Shown here in pieces: positions 18,630-26,976 of a DNA stretch of 41,934 nt. The position numbers and the translations under genes are program-made. This stretch comes from a virus (Duplodnaviria; Caudoviricetes): the IMG/VR virus record IMGVR_UViG_3300005326_000076, positions 1 through 41,934 of that record. One strand, given 5' to 3'. Positions within the stretch are counted from its first letter, which is position 1, and each line of letters starts with the position of its first letter. The notes beneath the pieces are model-generated. The model made no database searches. It had not been told where the DNA came from and saw nothing but the letters and a program-made list of their open reading frames with translations.

Positions 18630-21017
18630 ATGACAAACCTATTCAAAGTTGAAGGGCAAACGCTCACGCCGATTGAGATCTATCCGGCGGTATCTGATAC
18701 CGTCAATTATCTGACGTTTCTGTTTACGTTTAGCTATGATTGGGACGGATTAACCAAGAGCGCGATTTTCACCAAAGGCGATGACGTGTTTGAGGTCGAG
18801 CTGACCAACGATGCGATTGCCGCTGACGAGCATGTGAATCTATCCGCTGGCGTGTGGGAAATCAGCGTGGTAGGTGATACGGTTGTTGACGCAGTAGTCA
18901 CGCGGCAGATTACTACTAGCTCTTACAATTACACGGTCACACAAGCAAGCGCGACGAGCGGCGGCGTGTTTCCTCCGTCGATTGCAAGTCAAGTCTACGT
19001 CAACGTCAACCAAGCAACGCCGCAAAGATTCGTCGGCGGGATTCCGAAACTCGCGGCCGACCGTGAGATATCCGACGATAACGATCTTACTGACAAAAAG
19101 CATGTAGAAGAAACGACCTTGCAACTTGACCAGACCACACCACAGGAATTAAGCGAGTCTCCGTTGGTAGCAGAAGGTGCTGCGATTGACGATCGGCGTA
19201 AGCTCGCAACTAAAGAGTACGTCGATCAGTATGCGTTGGGCGGCAGCGGATTCGCGGCAAATCTGTACTTCACCACGATCGACTCCGGCGTGACGGGGTA
19301 TAAGAAAATCTCCTACATCGCAGAAGCGTCAGAAACCGAACTGTCGATTGCTGCGACTACGGTTGAAGCACTCGCGAGAACGTATCTATATGACGATGGC
19401 TTGGGCGTTACCGTCATTGATGGCGGCAAGTGGAGCGCAACCTATCGCGCAAAAGTAAGCTCGGCACAAGGCGCGACAATTCGGCTTGTTGCTTTCCTGC
19501 GTCACGTAGGCGGCACGGAAACCGAACTGTTCAGCGCGAGTTCTGACAAGATCGTCAACACAGCGTATCAGACGCTTGACTTCCAAATCACTCAGCCGAG
19601 TTTTGAGTGCGCCACGACTGACCGGCTGGGTTTCAGACTGTATGTGTCGACCACGCACCCCGCAGGCGTGACGATCTACACCGTCGTCGGTGACGGCAAT
19701 GCGTCCTACGTCAACACGCCCATTGCGTTGCGGCATGCACAGTTGCGCGATAAGAACGGCGAAGCAGATGTTCAGCATATGACCGCTGCACAAATGTCGG
19801 CTCTCCACGCGCACTCAAACAAAACCGCGCTTGACGCTGTTAGCGGCACGAACACGGGCGATCAGGACGTTTCCGGCGCGATCTCCACGCACAACACCGA
19901 CGCGGGAGCGCATGCGGGGCTGTTTGGGGCGGTGAATGCCTCGATTGACGAGATGCTAAAAGACTTTGATGTTTATAACGCCAATAGTTTATATCACTGG
20001 AGATTATTGCGCGCAAAACAACGCGCCGGCATTCCAACTATCGGGAACATCGGAGTATTTGCTGATTCCGTAGGTTGCGGATATTACGCAAACGCAAGCA
20101 TGACTGACGCTTATATGAACTCTATTGGGTACGGCGGGCTATTGCTTGAGTATTACAAGACCGCGATTGGTGATGTTGGAATTGGCTGGAAAAGTTGCCT
20201 AAATGCAACAGGCAGTGGATATTGGACGTTCTCTGGAACATGGGGAGACAGAGGGACGCGGGTTATTGGCGGGCGGCAGACATATGAAAACGGCGCGTAT
20301 TGTACGTGTGATTTCATGGGTACTGCCGTTGATTTATGGTTAGTTAAAGACCCATTTGGTTCGTCTAGCGTAGAGATTTACATCGATGACAGTTTAAACC
20401 AAACCGTAAGTCTTGATCTAGTAAACACTGCAACGGTTTTAGCGTTTAAGGTTGCTATTACAGGATTGGCAGATTCCGTGCACACAATAAAAATTATCAA
20501 TAAGACAACTGCGTATTGCGTGGTTTTGGGGCTCCATGAAAAAATCGGCACAAACGGCGTGAGCGTTTTAAACTTTTCAAGATCTGGCGCAACAACGGCT
20601 TATTTGTATGACAGCTCCGGATCACCAACCAACATAAAGCAGTCATTAGAAATGTACGCTTATGATCTTATCATTATAGGATACATGATAAATGACGCTG
20701 GCGCGGCTCTAGACGTTGCAACGTTTAAGACTAGATATGAGGCGTTTGTTGATGAGGCGAAAGGAAACGGGTCTGATGTTGTTTTGTTAGTACAGCGCGG
20801 AAAAGCAACTACTTATTCTGGCACAGAGGTGAATTATATCAATGCAATGAAAGAAGTTGCGGTTGCTAAAAATGTTTGCTTTATCAATATTGCAAACAGG
20901 TGGAAACCAATAATCGACGCATCGGCAACGGCGCAATATTTGTACGATACGGATCATCCAAATCTGTACGGACATCGGGATATTTACCATACGATTATTG
21001 ATGTTCTTGAATCGTAA
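18630..21017 (+). CDS. Tail fibre/spike with BppU-like N-terminus and C-terminal SGNH hydrolase
   Basis: N-terminal SDTVNYL..F.FSYDWDGLTKSAIF; HAHSNKTALD fibre motif; SGNH blocks FADS, FSRSG, GYMIND and DTDHPN. Confidence 0.75.
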   Translation: MTNLFKVEGQTLTPIEIYPAVSDTVNYLTFLFTFSYDWDGLTKSAIFTKGDDVFEVELTNDAIAADEHVNLSAGVWEISVVGDTVVDAVVTRQITTSSYNYTVTQASATSGGVFPPSIASQVYVNVNQATPQRFVGGIPKLAADREISDDNDLTDKKHVEETTLQLDQTTPQELSESPLVAEGAAIDDRRKLATKEYVDQYALGGSGFAANLYFTTIDSGVTGYKKISYIAEASETELSIAATTVEALARTYLYDDGLGVTVIDGGKWSATYRAKVSSAQGATIRLVAFLRHVGGTETELFSASSDKIVNTAYQTLDFQITQPSFECATTDRLGFRLYVSTTHPAGVTIYTVVGDGNASYVNTPIALRHAQLRDKNGEADVQHMTAAQMSALHAHSNKTALDAVSGTNTGDQDVSGAISTHNTDAGAHAGLFGAVNASIDEMLKDFDVYNANSLYHWRLLRAKQRAGIPTIGNIGVFADSVGCGYYANASMTDAYMNSIGYGGLLLEYYKTAIGDVGIGWKSCLNATGSGYWTFSGTWGDRGTRVIGGRQTYENGAYCTCDFMGTAVDLWLVKDPFGSSSVEIYIDDSLNQTVSLDLVNTATVLAFKVAITGLADSVHTIKIINKTTAYCVVLGLHEKIGTNGVSVLNFSRSGATTAYLYDSSGSPTNIKQSLEMYAYDLIIIGYMINDAGAALDVATFKTRYEAFVDEAKGNGSDVVLLVQRGKATTYSGTEVNYINAMKEVAVAKNVCFINIANRWKPIIDASATAQYLYDTDHPNLYGHRDIYHTIIDVLES

Positions 21018-21111
21018 TACGACGCGCTCCCGAAACCCTTGCAAAAAGAGCTAAAAGAATTCAGATAACCACCCATTCCCGCCTAGTGGCGGAAACAGAA
21101 AGGCGGCTTGT

Positions 21112-21888
21112 ATGGCTGTAAAGATAGGACACGCGGTTCACTCTGAATCAGGTGGACGCGAGGGCGCAAGCGGCGACCAAATCCAGCAACAGGGCAAGCG
21201 GAACGAGGAAGTCCAGCTTTCGACGTGGTACGTGAGCGGCGACGGTTGGGGCTGGTACATCGAAGCGAAAGACCACGCGTTGCTTGAGCGCATGGCGGTT
21301 CTCATGGAGCAAGCGTGCGCAAATCCGAATATCGGGTACTCGCGCACGAACCGCTACAAGTGGTACGCATCGGTAAAAGCGAACGGCGGCGACATAGCGC
21401 TTGCATCCGGCGATTGCGATTGCTCGTCACTGGTTTCTGGCATCGCGAATCTTGCGGGGGCGGGCGTGACAAATAAACTCGCGACTGCATCTATGCTATC
21501 AGCGTTCAAGAAATCTGGCAACTTCAATATCTACACGGACGCCGAACATTTGCAATCAGATAAACTCGCCAAGCGCGGCGGTATCTATCTACGCGTTGGA
21601 CATACGCTCATGGTTCTAGAAAACGGCTCTGGAGCGGTTCAATCGCCCGTTGAGCCAATCTATCCCACTGGCACTGTAAAACCGCCCTACGTGGCTGTAA
21701 TTGGCGCTAGAGTGAACGTGAGAGCGGGCGCTGGTACGAACACGCCGATTCTGTACGAGGAAAAGAAAGGCAGCAAGTTAACCTTACTCGATATCGACGC
21801 TGCAACGGGTTGGTACTGCATTCACACCGCGTATGGGTTGGGGTATATTTCCAACAGGGCAGATTTGACAAGGCTGGTGGAATCGTGA
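21112..21888 (+). CDS. Endolysin (NlpC/P60-CHAP-like amidase plus SH3b cell-wall binding domain)
   Basis: NIGYS, DCSSLV (catalytic Cys) and GHT; C-terminal VNVRAGAGT...GWY...GYIS SH3b pattern. Confidence 0.85.
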   Translation: MAVKIGHAVHSESGGREGASGDQIQQQGKRNEEVQLSTWYVSGDGWGWYIEAKDHALLERMAVLMEQACANPNIGYSRTNRYKWYASVKANGGDIALASGDCDCSSLVSGIANLAGAGVTNKLATASMLSAFKKSGNFNIYTDAEHLQSDKLAKRGGIYLRVGHTLMVLENGSGAVQSPVEPIYPTGTVKPPYVAVIGARVNVRAGAGTNTPILYEEKKGSKLTLLDIDAATGWYCIHTAYGLGYISNRADLTRLVES

Positions 21889-22148
21889 AGCGGTTTATGA
21901 ACGAATACAGCAAGGCGGTTTTGATCGTGCTTTTGAGCATGTGCGCCATCCCGATTCTCGGATACGAGGCGCGGGCGTTCATCGCTACGATCATGCAATC
22001 AGCGCCGCCGGACACGACCATTGCATCACTCGCGCTCACTAGCGGACTTCTCGGCACGTGCTTTAGTTTCGTCAAGACCTACATGGAGAAAAACAGCTTG
22101 AACAAATACGGGCTTTACGTGGACGACAAGAGCATAAAACGATTCTAA
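21885..22148 (+). CDS. Small two-TM membrane protein (holin-like)
   Basis: Two hydrophobic segments; GTG overlaps the endolysin stop (ORF track starts at 21810). Confidence 0.55.
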   Translation: MKRFMNEYSKAVLIVLLSMCAIPILGYEARAFIATIMQSAPPDTTIASLALTSGLLGTCFSFVKTYMEKNSLNKYGLYVDDKSIKRF

Positions 22149-22152
22149 CATA

Positions 22153-22181
22153 TTGCGCACAAACTCTGTGCGTGGTATAAT
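22153..22181 (+). promoter_or_regulatory. Extended -10 sigmaA promoter
   Basis: TTGCGC-17 nt-TATAAT with TG at 22173-22174; overlapped by inverted repeat CGCACA-aactc-TGTGCG. Confidence 0.7.
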
Positions 22182-22205
22182 ATAAGAAACGAAAGGCGGT
22201 GCAAA

Positions 22206-22601
22206 ATGAAAGATTTTCTCATTGAACAAGCCGTTGGAATCTCTGCGTATCTACTCGTTACGCTGATTGGTTTGCTCGGCGCGTGGCTATCTTCCAAACT
22301 TGCGAAGAAACTAGAGCTTGCGAACATCAAAGCGGCAACCGAAAGCGTTATCACGGCAACACAGGCAACCGTCCACGAACTGCAACAGACTACCGTTGAA
22401 AAGCTGAAAGACGCACACAAAGACGGCAAGCTGACCGAAGCAGAAATTGACGAACTGGGTGAGATGCTGCTTGACATCACCGAATCGAAACTCGCTGATT
22501 CCGTCAAGGGTCTACTCGTTGGCGCGAAGATCGACCTTGAAAACCTTATCAAGAGTACGGCAGAATCGTACATTGACAAAATGAAAGGATATGATTTTTG
22601 A
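22206..22601 (+). CDS. Holin-like protein (LL-H type, one N-terminal TM)
   Basis: N-terminal TM followed by VHELQQT.VEKLK...DGKLT; located in the lysis cassette. Confidence 0.7.
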   Translation: MKDFLIEQAVGISAYLLVTLIGLLGAWLSSKLAKKLELANIKAATESVITATQATVHELQQTTVEKLKDAHKDGKLTEAEIDELGEMLLDITESKLADSVKGLLVGAKIDLENLIKSTAESYIDKMKGYDF

Positions 22602-22828
22602 TGTTTGGACGAAAAGCAAAGCGCATCGCGGAACTAGAACAGCAGTTGGAACTTGCTCAGGTAATGCGGAATGATTTTGAATTTGATCTTCTCCGCGCAC
22701 GTATCGGACTAGACGAGGAAACAAACGCCTACTTTCGCAACCATCCCGTGTATGTTGAACCAGAACAGGCGGCAGACGCAGGAAAGAAACCAAGCGTGGA
22801 GAGAAAAGCAAAATCGAAAACAAAGTAG
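22598..22828 (+). CDS. Hypothetical protein
   Basis: 76-aa ORF with AAAGGA RBS, coupled to the holin gene. Confidence 0.55.
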   Translation: MMFGRKAKRIAELEQQLELAQVMRNDFEFDLLRARIGLDEETNAYFRNHPVYVEPEQAADAGKKPSVERKAKSKTK

Positions 22829-22865
22829 TAAACGACTACCAATAAAGCGATAGGAGCATACGGCG

Positions 22866-23111
22866 ATGGCGATGACAGCGGCAGACAGGCTTGAACTACA
22901 GAAAGCGTTCGTTACTCTTGACGATTATGTCAACGATAAGAAAAAGATTGATGAACGACTAGATAAGGTCGAGAAGTGCAACGAGGCGAACAACCTCACA
23001 TTAGTTGAGATCAAAACACAACTTAGGCTCGTTCTCGGCGTTCTGGCGGCTGTCGGGCTTGCGGTGTTGAGTCTCGTCGTGAAGCAATTTTGGGGAATAC
23101 CTCTACAGTAG
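22866..23111 (+). CDS. XhlA-like membrane protein (coiled coil plus C-terminal TM)
   Basis: IDERLDKVE coiled coil, then the hydrophobic segment LVLGVLAAVGLAVLSLVV; AGGAG RBS. Confidence 0.6.
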   Translation: MAMTAADRLELQKAFVTLDDYVNDKKKIDERLDKVEKCNEANNLTLVEIKTQLRLVLGVLAAVGLAVLSLVVKQFWGIPLQ

Positions 23112-23114
23112 AAA

Positions 23115-23563
23115 TGTCTCGTGGGCATGAACACGCTAAACTCATGCCAAACCGGAGTAAACCGTGAAAAATCAGGTGTTCCGCTACCGATAAATGCGGG
23201 GCTGTAAAATCAATCCGGTGGCTTACTTGGGACGCTTGTGACCGCAAGCGTTAAATCCGAACAATGCTTGCCGCTAAAAACCATGCGGCATATAAGTGGG
23301 TTTACGGAGAAGATTGTTTCCGCGTCGGAACTAAAACAGCGCATCGCCACTAAGCATGGGCGGTTCGGAGAACAAACACGCTTCGCGATGTGCGGCACAG
23401 AAACATCGCTTAAGAAAACTTGCTCTTTACGAGCGGCGAGATGTTATCTCGCATACCAATACTTGGCGTTTGACAAACGCTCTTTTGCCAGACAGCGACG
23501 CTCGACGCTTTGTATCGAGCAACTATTTCCAGTTTGTCCTGCGTGTTCGTTCGCGACCGTGGG
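23115..23563 (+). ncRNA. Candidate large structured non-coding RNA (~450 nt)
   Basis: More than 12 local and long-range complementary segments forming nested multibranch domains. No credible ORF. Followed by an intrinsic terminator. See findings. Confidence 0.7.
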
Positions 23564-23565
23564 CT

Positions 23566-23597
23566 AGGGCGCATCTTAACGGGTGCGCTCTTTTCTT
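23566..23597 (+). terminator. Intrinsic terminator
   Basis: AGGGCGCATC-ttaacg-GGTGCGCTCT (G-U pairs on the + strand) followed by TTTCTT. Confidence 0.8.
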
Positions 23598-23772
23598 GCA
23601 TTCACGCTCTTTTCGTTCGCGATTAGGGCGTGAAAGTTCGATCTTTGCGGTAAATATTCTAAGTATGGTTATAATTAATGTGTGATTTTAATAACAATCA
23701 CGATAGGGTTTAATATCAAATCCTCTTGATACTATTCCTAAAAAATAATTCTCAAAAACTTGCAAAAAAGTA

Positions 23773-23801
23773 TTGACATGCGCGCATTGCGGTATTATAC
23801 T
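23773..23801 (+). promoter_or_regulatory. Early sigmaA promoter
   Basis: TTGACA-17 nt-TATACT with A-tract UP-like region upstream; palindrome ATGCGCGCAT at 23778-23787. Confidence 0.8.
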
Positions 23802-23835
23802 TATGTCAAGAAGTAAAACAAAGGAGAGCAAAAAC

Positions 23836-24048
23836 ATGACGCGCGAACAACACAACGAGGAATACGAACGGCTTTATAAAATCGCTATGGAACATCTCGA
23901 TAAAGCAATCGAAAACAAGGACGGTTGCAACCGCGCGGAATATCAAGAATATAAATCCAACATGAAACAAGCAAGAAAACATCGTGGCATTGCAAGCGCA
24001 ATGATGACGCGCTCAATCAACAAACTGGCGGGATACAAAGTAATCTAA
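23836..24048 (+). CDS. Hypothetical early protein
   Basis: AAGGAG RBS, ATG 23836; first gene after the promoter. Confidence 0.7.
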   Translation: MTREQHNEEYERLYKIAMEHLDKAIENKDGCNRAEYQEYKSNMKQARKHRGIASAMMTRSINKLAGYKVI

Positions 24049-24102
24049 CTAGCACACGCGCCGCTCCCGTCCGGCAAAAGGCGGGAAGAAAGAGAGGATC
24101 AC

Positions 24103-24279
24103 ATGGGCAAGTCTTGTTTTGATGGATATTTGACACCCGAATGCGCACAGTGTCCAGATTGGTCAGACGGTGTTGATGGAAGACCGCTTGGTTGCAATAC
24201 GTCAATGCCAATCATGTGGTGCAAGTCTTTTGAAAAAATGTTCAGCGAAGACCCGCGAAATAAAAAAGAGGAGGACTGA
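24103..24279 (+). CDS. Small Cys-rich hypothetical protein (58 aa)
   Basis: Translated by eye: MGKSCFDGYLTPECAQCPDW...; GAGAGG RBS. Confidence 0.6.
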   Translation: MGKSCFDGYLTPECAQCPDWSDGVDGRPLGCNTSMPIMWCKSFEKMFSEDPRNKKEED

Positions 24280-24282
24280 CAC

Positions 24283-24414
24283 ATGCCTATCATTTTCAAC
24301 AGCCGACACACGGCGCAGCAACAGGTTCACGGCAACCAGCGCGTGGTGAAATGTCAGGGCGGGTACATCATCATGAGCGCGAGAGAGTATCAGATTTTGA
24401 GGTCGAAACGATGA
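24283..24414 (+). CDS. Small hypothetical protein (43 aa)
   Basis: GGAGG RBS; MPIIFNSRHTAQQQ... Confidence 0.55.
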   Translation: MPIIFNSRHTAQQQVHGNQRVVKCQGGYIIMSAREYQILRSKR

Positions 24415-24530
24415 GCGACGGTTGGAAGAAGTTCTGGGCGTGGTTCACGGTGATGGTGATGGTAGCGGGTGCAGTTACGTGCATCGCGATGGGAACGGTT
24501 GGAGCGTTGGAGGTGCTAGGTGGTAAGTAA
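24411..24530 (+). CDS. Small single-TM peptide (39 aa)
   Basis: ATGA overlap; MSDGWKKFWAWFTVMVMVAGAVTCIAMG... Confidence 0.5.
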   Translation: MSDGWKKFWAWFTVMVMVAGAVTCIAMGTVGALEVLGGK

Positions 24531-24703
24531 GAAGAAGTTTGTGCGCGACATGATGCGCATGCAGGACGAACGCAGATACGACGAGAAAGAAACAGAAGCA
24601 AAGGCAATGATCGAGCAACCGTGCGGCTACTATTCCGAAAAGACATACTCGCACGGGAAGAAGTACACGAAGCAAGTGTATCAGTGTTGAGAAAGGAAAG
24701 AGT

Positions 24704-25000
24704 ATGAAAGAAATCACTTTGAAGTTCCGCGAGGTTGCGGTGGATGGGTTGCCCAAAAAGACTGGAAACTATTTTGTAATTCAGTCGTTCCCGATTTCCG
24801 AACAGGCAAACGATCTTCATTTTTCTGCGGTTCACGGATTATGGAATGCGTTTGATTATTCGACGCTAGAAGATGCAAAAAAAACTGCAATCACAGAGAA
24901 AGACGATCCGCATTCAGGCGAGATAACGCATTGGATACCGCGTGAAGAATTTGAAAGAACGCTCATGGAGGACGCGCAAGATGTTCAAACTCTGGATTGA
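24704..25000 (+). CDS. Hypothetical protein
   Basis: AAGGA RBS; LPKKTGNY...ITHWIP resembles DUF551-like phage proteins. Confidence 0.6.
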   Translation: MKEITLKFREVAVDGLPKKTGNYFVIQSFPISEQANDLHFSAVHGLWNAFDYSTLEDAKKTAITEKDDPHSGEITHWIPREEFERTLMEDAQDVQTLD

Positions 25001-25238
25001 CCGCAAAGGCGCGGTACGTGACCGTTCAAGCGGCAGTATGGCACAGCGGCACAAAGATATGGTTAATGTGCTAAAACATCTACAGGAGCGCGTGAGCGAA
25101 TCAGAGCGCATCGTGGACAGTGCAAACGCCGCGTACATCAATGCGCTGGCCAAGAAAGACGCACAACACGCTGCCGCAGTCCGGCGCGAGGCTGCCGAGA
25201 TGGGAATACTGCAAAATCGAAAGGAGAATAAAAAATGA
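24981..25238 (+). CDS. Hypothetical coiled-coil protein
   Basis: GGAGG RBS before ATG 24981. Confidence 0.55.
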   Translation: MFKLWIDRKGAVRDRSSGSMAQRHKDMVNVLKHLQERVSESERIVDSANAAYINALAKKDAQHAAAVRREAAEMGILQNRKENKK

Positions 25239-26170
25239 GCAAGTTCAAGGTTGGGGATAAGGTGCGCGTGAAGGTGTTTGATAAACGACCTGTCACATGG
25301 AACTCGTATGGAAAAATGGACAAGTGGATGGGAAAGGTTGTAACAATTTTAGAATGTTTTAATGAAAAAAGTTACAGAATTAAAGAAGACCCTCAATGGG
25401 CGTTTAATGAATCGCACCTTGATGCAGAACCCCGCCGCGAGTTCATCGTGATCCGGCGTTCTGGCGCAGAAACGATTGCGGAGTTGCGGCATGACCGCGA
25501 AGTCATTAAGTCGGCAAAAGCGACGTGCGCGCCTTCGGACACGTTCGACTTTGTCAACGAGGGAGCACCGCGCGCGTTTGATCGGCTGATGGGGCGAGAA
25601 GAACCCAAGCCAGCACCGAAGAAGTTTTTCAGCGTCGGTGATCGCGTAGTCACGTTGATGGGATCGGGTATGATTGATACGGTCGATAAAAATAGCGACT
25701 TAATGCCGTATTTGATTTTATACGACACTGGCGAGCGTCATTGGATTAAGAGCAACACGGCAAAGCTAGAGCCGCAGCCCGCACCGCAGCCCGCGCACAG
25801 GTTCAAGGTGGGGGAGCGGGTGCTTCATGAAGAATACGGGATTGGAACGATAATCGGTTATGTCAATCATGTTGCGGGCGTTCCGTACGAGGTTAGACCC
25901 GATAATGTGTTTTGCTCGATTTATTGTTGGGCAGAGTCCCGCGTTTCCCCCGCGCCCGCTCCCGAACCGCCGAAGTTCTACACGGGGAAGGTGGTTTGTA
26001 TTAAGGACTGGCGCCAACCAAGTCGAGTTGGAATGGTGTTTGAATTTGTAGACGGACAGTTGCAAGGCGACAACAAGAGAATGAGCAATGTCACTGTTCC
26101 TAAATACGAGTCGTTTGAGCAATTCAAAAACGCAAGAAACGCCGTGGAATGGATCGAGGTCAAAGACTGA
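25235..26170 (+). CDS. Multi-domain protein with repeated KOW/SH3-like (FKVGD-V) modules
   Basis: KFKVGDKVRV, FFSVGDRVVT and RFKVGERVLH modules, with Pro-rich linkers between the later ones. Confidence 0.7.
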   Translation: MSKFKVGDKVRVKVFDKRPVTWNSYGKMDKWMGKVVTILECFNEKSYRIKEDPQWAFNESHLDAEPRREFIVIRRSGAETIAELRHDREVIKSAKATCAPSDTFDFVNEGAPRAFDRLMGREEPKPAPKKFFSVGDRVVTLMGSGMIDTVDKNSDLMPYLILYDTGERHWIKSNTAKLEPQPAPQPAHRFKVGERVLHEEYGIGTIIGYVNHVAGVPYEVRPDNVFCSIYCWAESRVSPAPAPEPPKFYTGKVVCIKDWRQPSRVGMVFEFVDGQLQGDNKRMSNVTVPKYESFEQFKNARNAVEWIEVKD

Positions 26171-26562
26171 TGTGCACTGAATGCGGACACCTCAAAGGAC
26201 ACGCGACCATGTGCCCGAACGGTACGCCGATGGTCGATGTGATCCATGTTGACTGCGCCATGTGCGGCGCGGAAGTGGACGAGGAAACAACCACTTACGG
26301 CATCTGCGAGAAGTGCTGGGCGGACGCGCACACGTTCGATAACGCGATCAAATACGGCGCGGTCAGTCAATTCCCAGTCAAGATAAATGGGCTGTTCGCG
26401 AAAGTACTTACGCCGGAACAAATTGATGAAGTGTTGCGCAAGTTGTTTTTTGAAATCAAAAAAAACAATCACATCAAAGCAATTAAGTTGACGAGTAGTT
26501 TTCTCGCAGACGATGACGGCGACTTTGCGGACTGGCTGAAAGAGCAGAAAGGGAAAGAATGA
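26170..26562 (+). CDS. Zinc-ribbon hypothetical protein
   Basis: CTEC...H...C, CAMC and CEKC motifs; TGATG coupling. Confidence 0.6.
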   Translation: MCTECGHLKGHATMCPNGTPMVDVIHVDCAMCGAEVDEETTTYGICEKCWADAHTFDNAIKYGAVSQFPVKINGLFAKVLTPEQIDEVLRKLFFEIKKNNHIKAIKLTSSFLADDDGDFADWLKEQKGKE

Positions 26563-26735
26563 GTATTTTCTACATGGTTGCATTCTGGATTCTAGTGGTT
26601 ATCGTGATTGCGCTTGTTGTCGCGGTAATCAATCTCGGACTGTGCATTCTCGCACAAGATAAGGTGACAGATTCAATGGTCAGCTACGCGAGAGCGGTTG
26701 ACGAGTGGATAAAAAAGCAAGCAGAAAAACATTGA
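26559..26735 (+). CDS. Small membrane protein (58 aa)
   Basis: Translated by eye: MSIFYMVAFWILVVIVIALVVAVINLGL...; ATGA overlap. Confidence 0.55.
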   Translation: MSIFYMVAFWILVVIVIALVVAVINLGLCILAQDKVTDSMVSYARAVDEWIKKQAEKH

Positions 26736-26760
26736 CTAGCGCGTATTATCATGCTACAAT
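26732..26760 (+). promoter_or_regulatory. Extended -10 sigmaA promoter
   Basis: TTGACT-17 nt-TACAAT with TG at 26752-26753. Confidence 0.75.
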
Positions 26761-26781
26761 TATTACAAAGGTGGTGACTAA

Positions 26782-26976
26782 ATGAACGACAAATTAACAT
26801 GCGTCCGCGTTCTGCGTGAGGCGCGAAGCAAGGCACAATCCAATCAGATGCTGTTGGGAATCCCGCGAGAGCATCAGGACGCGCTTGGTTGGAAAACGGG
26901 CAACAAGGTATATATCACGACAGACGCGAAATCGGGAACGATGACGCTAAAGAAGGTGCCGGATGGTGAAAACTGA
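26782..26976 (+). CDS. AbrB/MazE/SpoVT-like DNA-binding protein
   Basis: LGIPREHQDALGWKTGNKVYI...MTLKKV matches the swapped-hairpin pattern. Confidence 0.7.
   Translation: MNDKLTCVRVLREARSKAQSNQMLLGIPREHQDALGWKTGNKVYITTDAKSGTMTLKKVPDGEN

Noticed and set aside
15908-21017. Diversity-generating retroelement acting on tail fibres
   Set aside because: No reverse transcriptase and no TR/VR repeat pair seen.
23625-23650. GTTCGATC resembling a tRNA T-loop
   Set aside because: The loop has the wrong length, and no acceptor, D or anticodon arms can be built. No tRNA was found in the window.
23645-23675. Possible promoter TTGCGG...TATAAT
   Set aside because: 19-nt spacer in an AT-rich tract; much weaker than the promoter at 23773.
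23238-23685. + strand ORFs 23238..23567 and 23356..23685
   Set aside because: No RBS, Arg/Cys/Ser-rich unnatural composition, and one runs through a terminator. The dense base pairing is better explained by a structured RNA.
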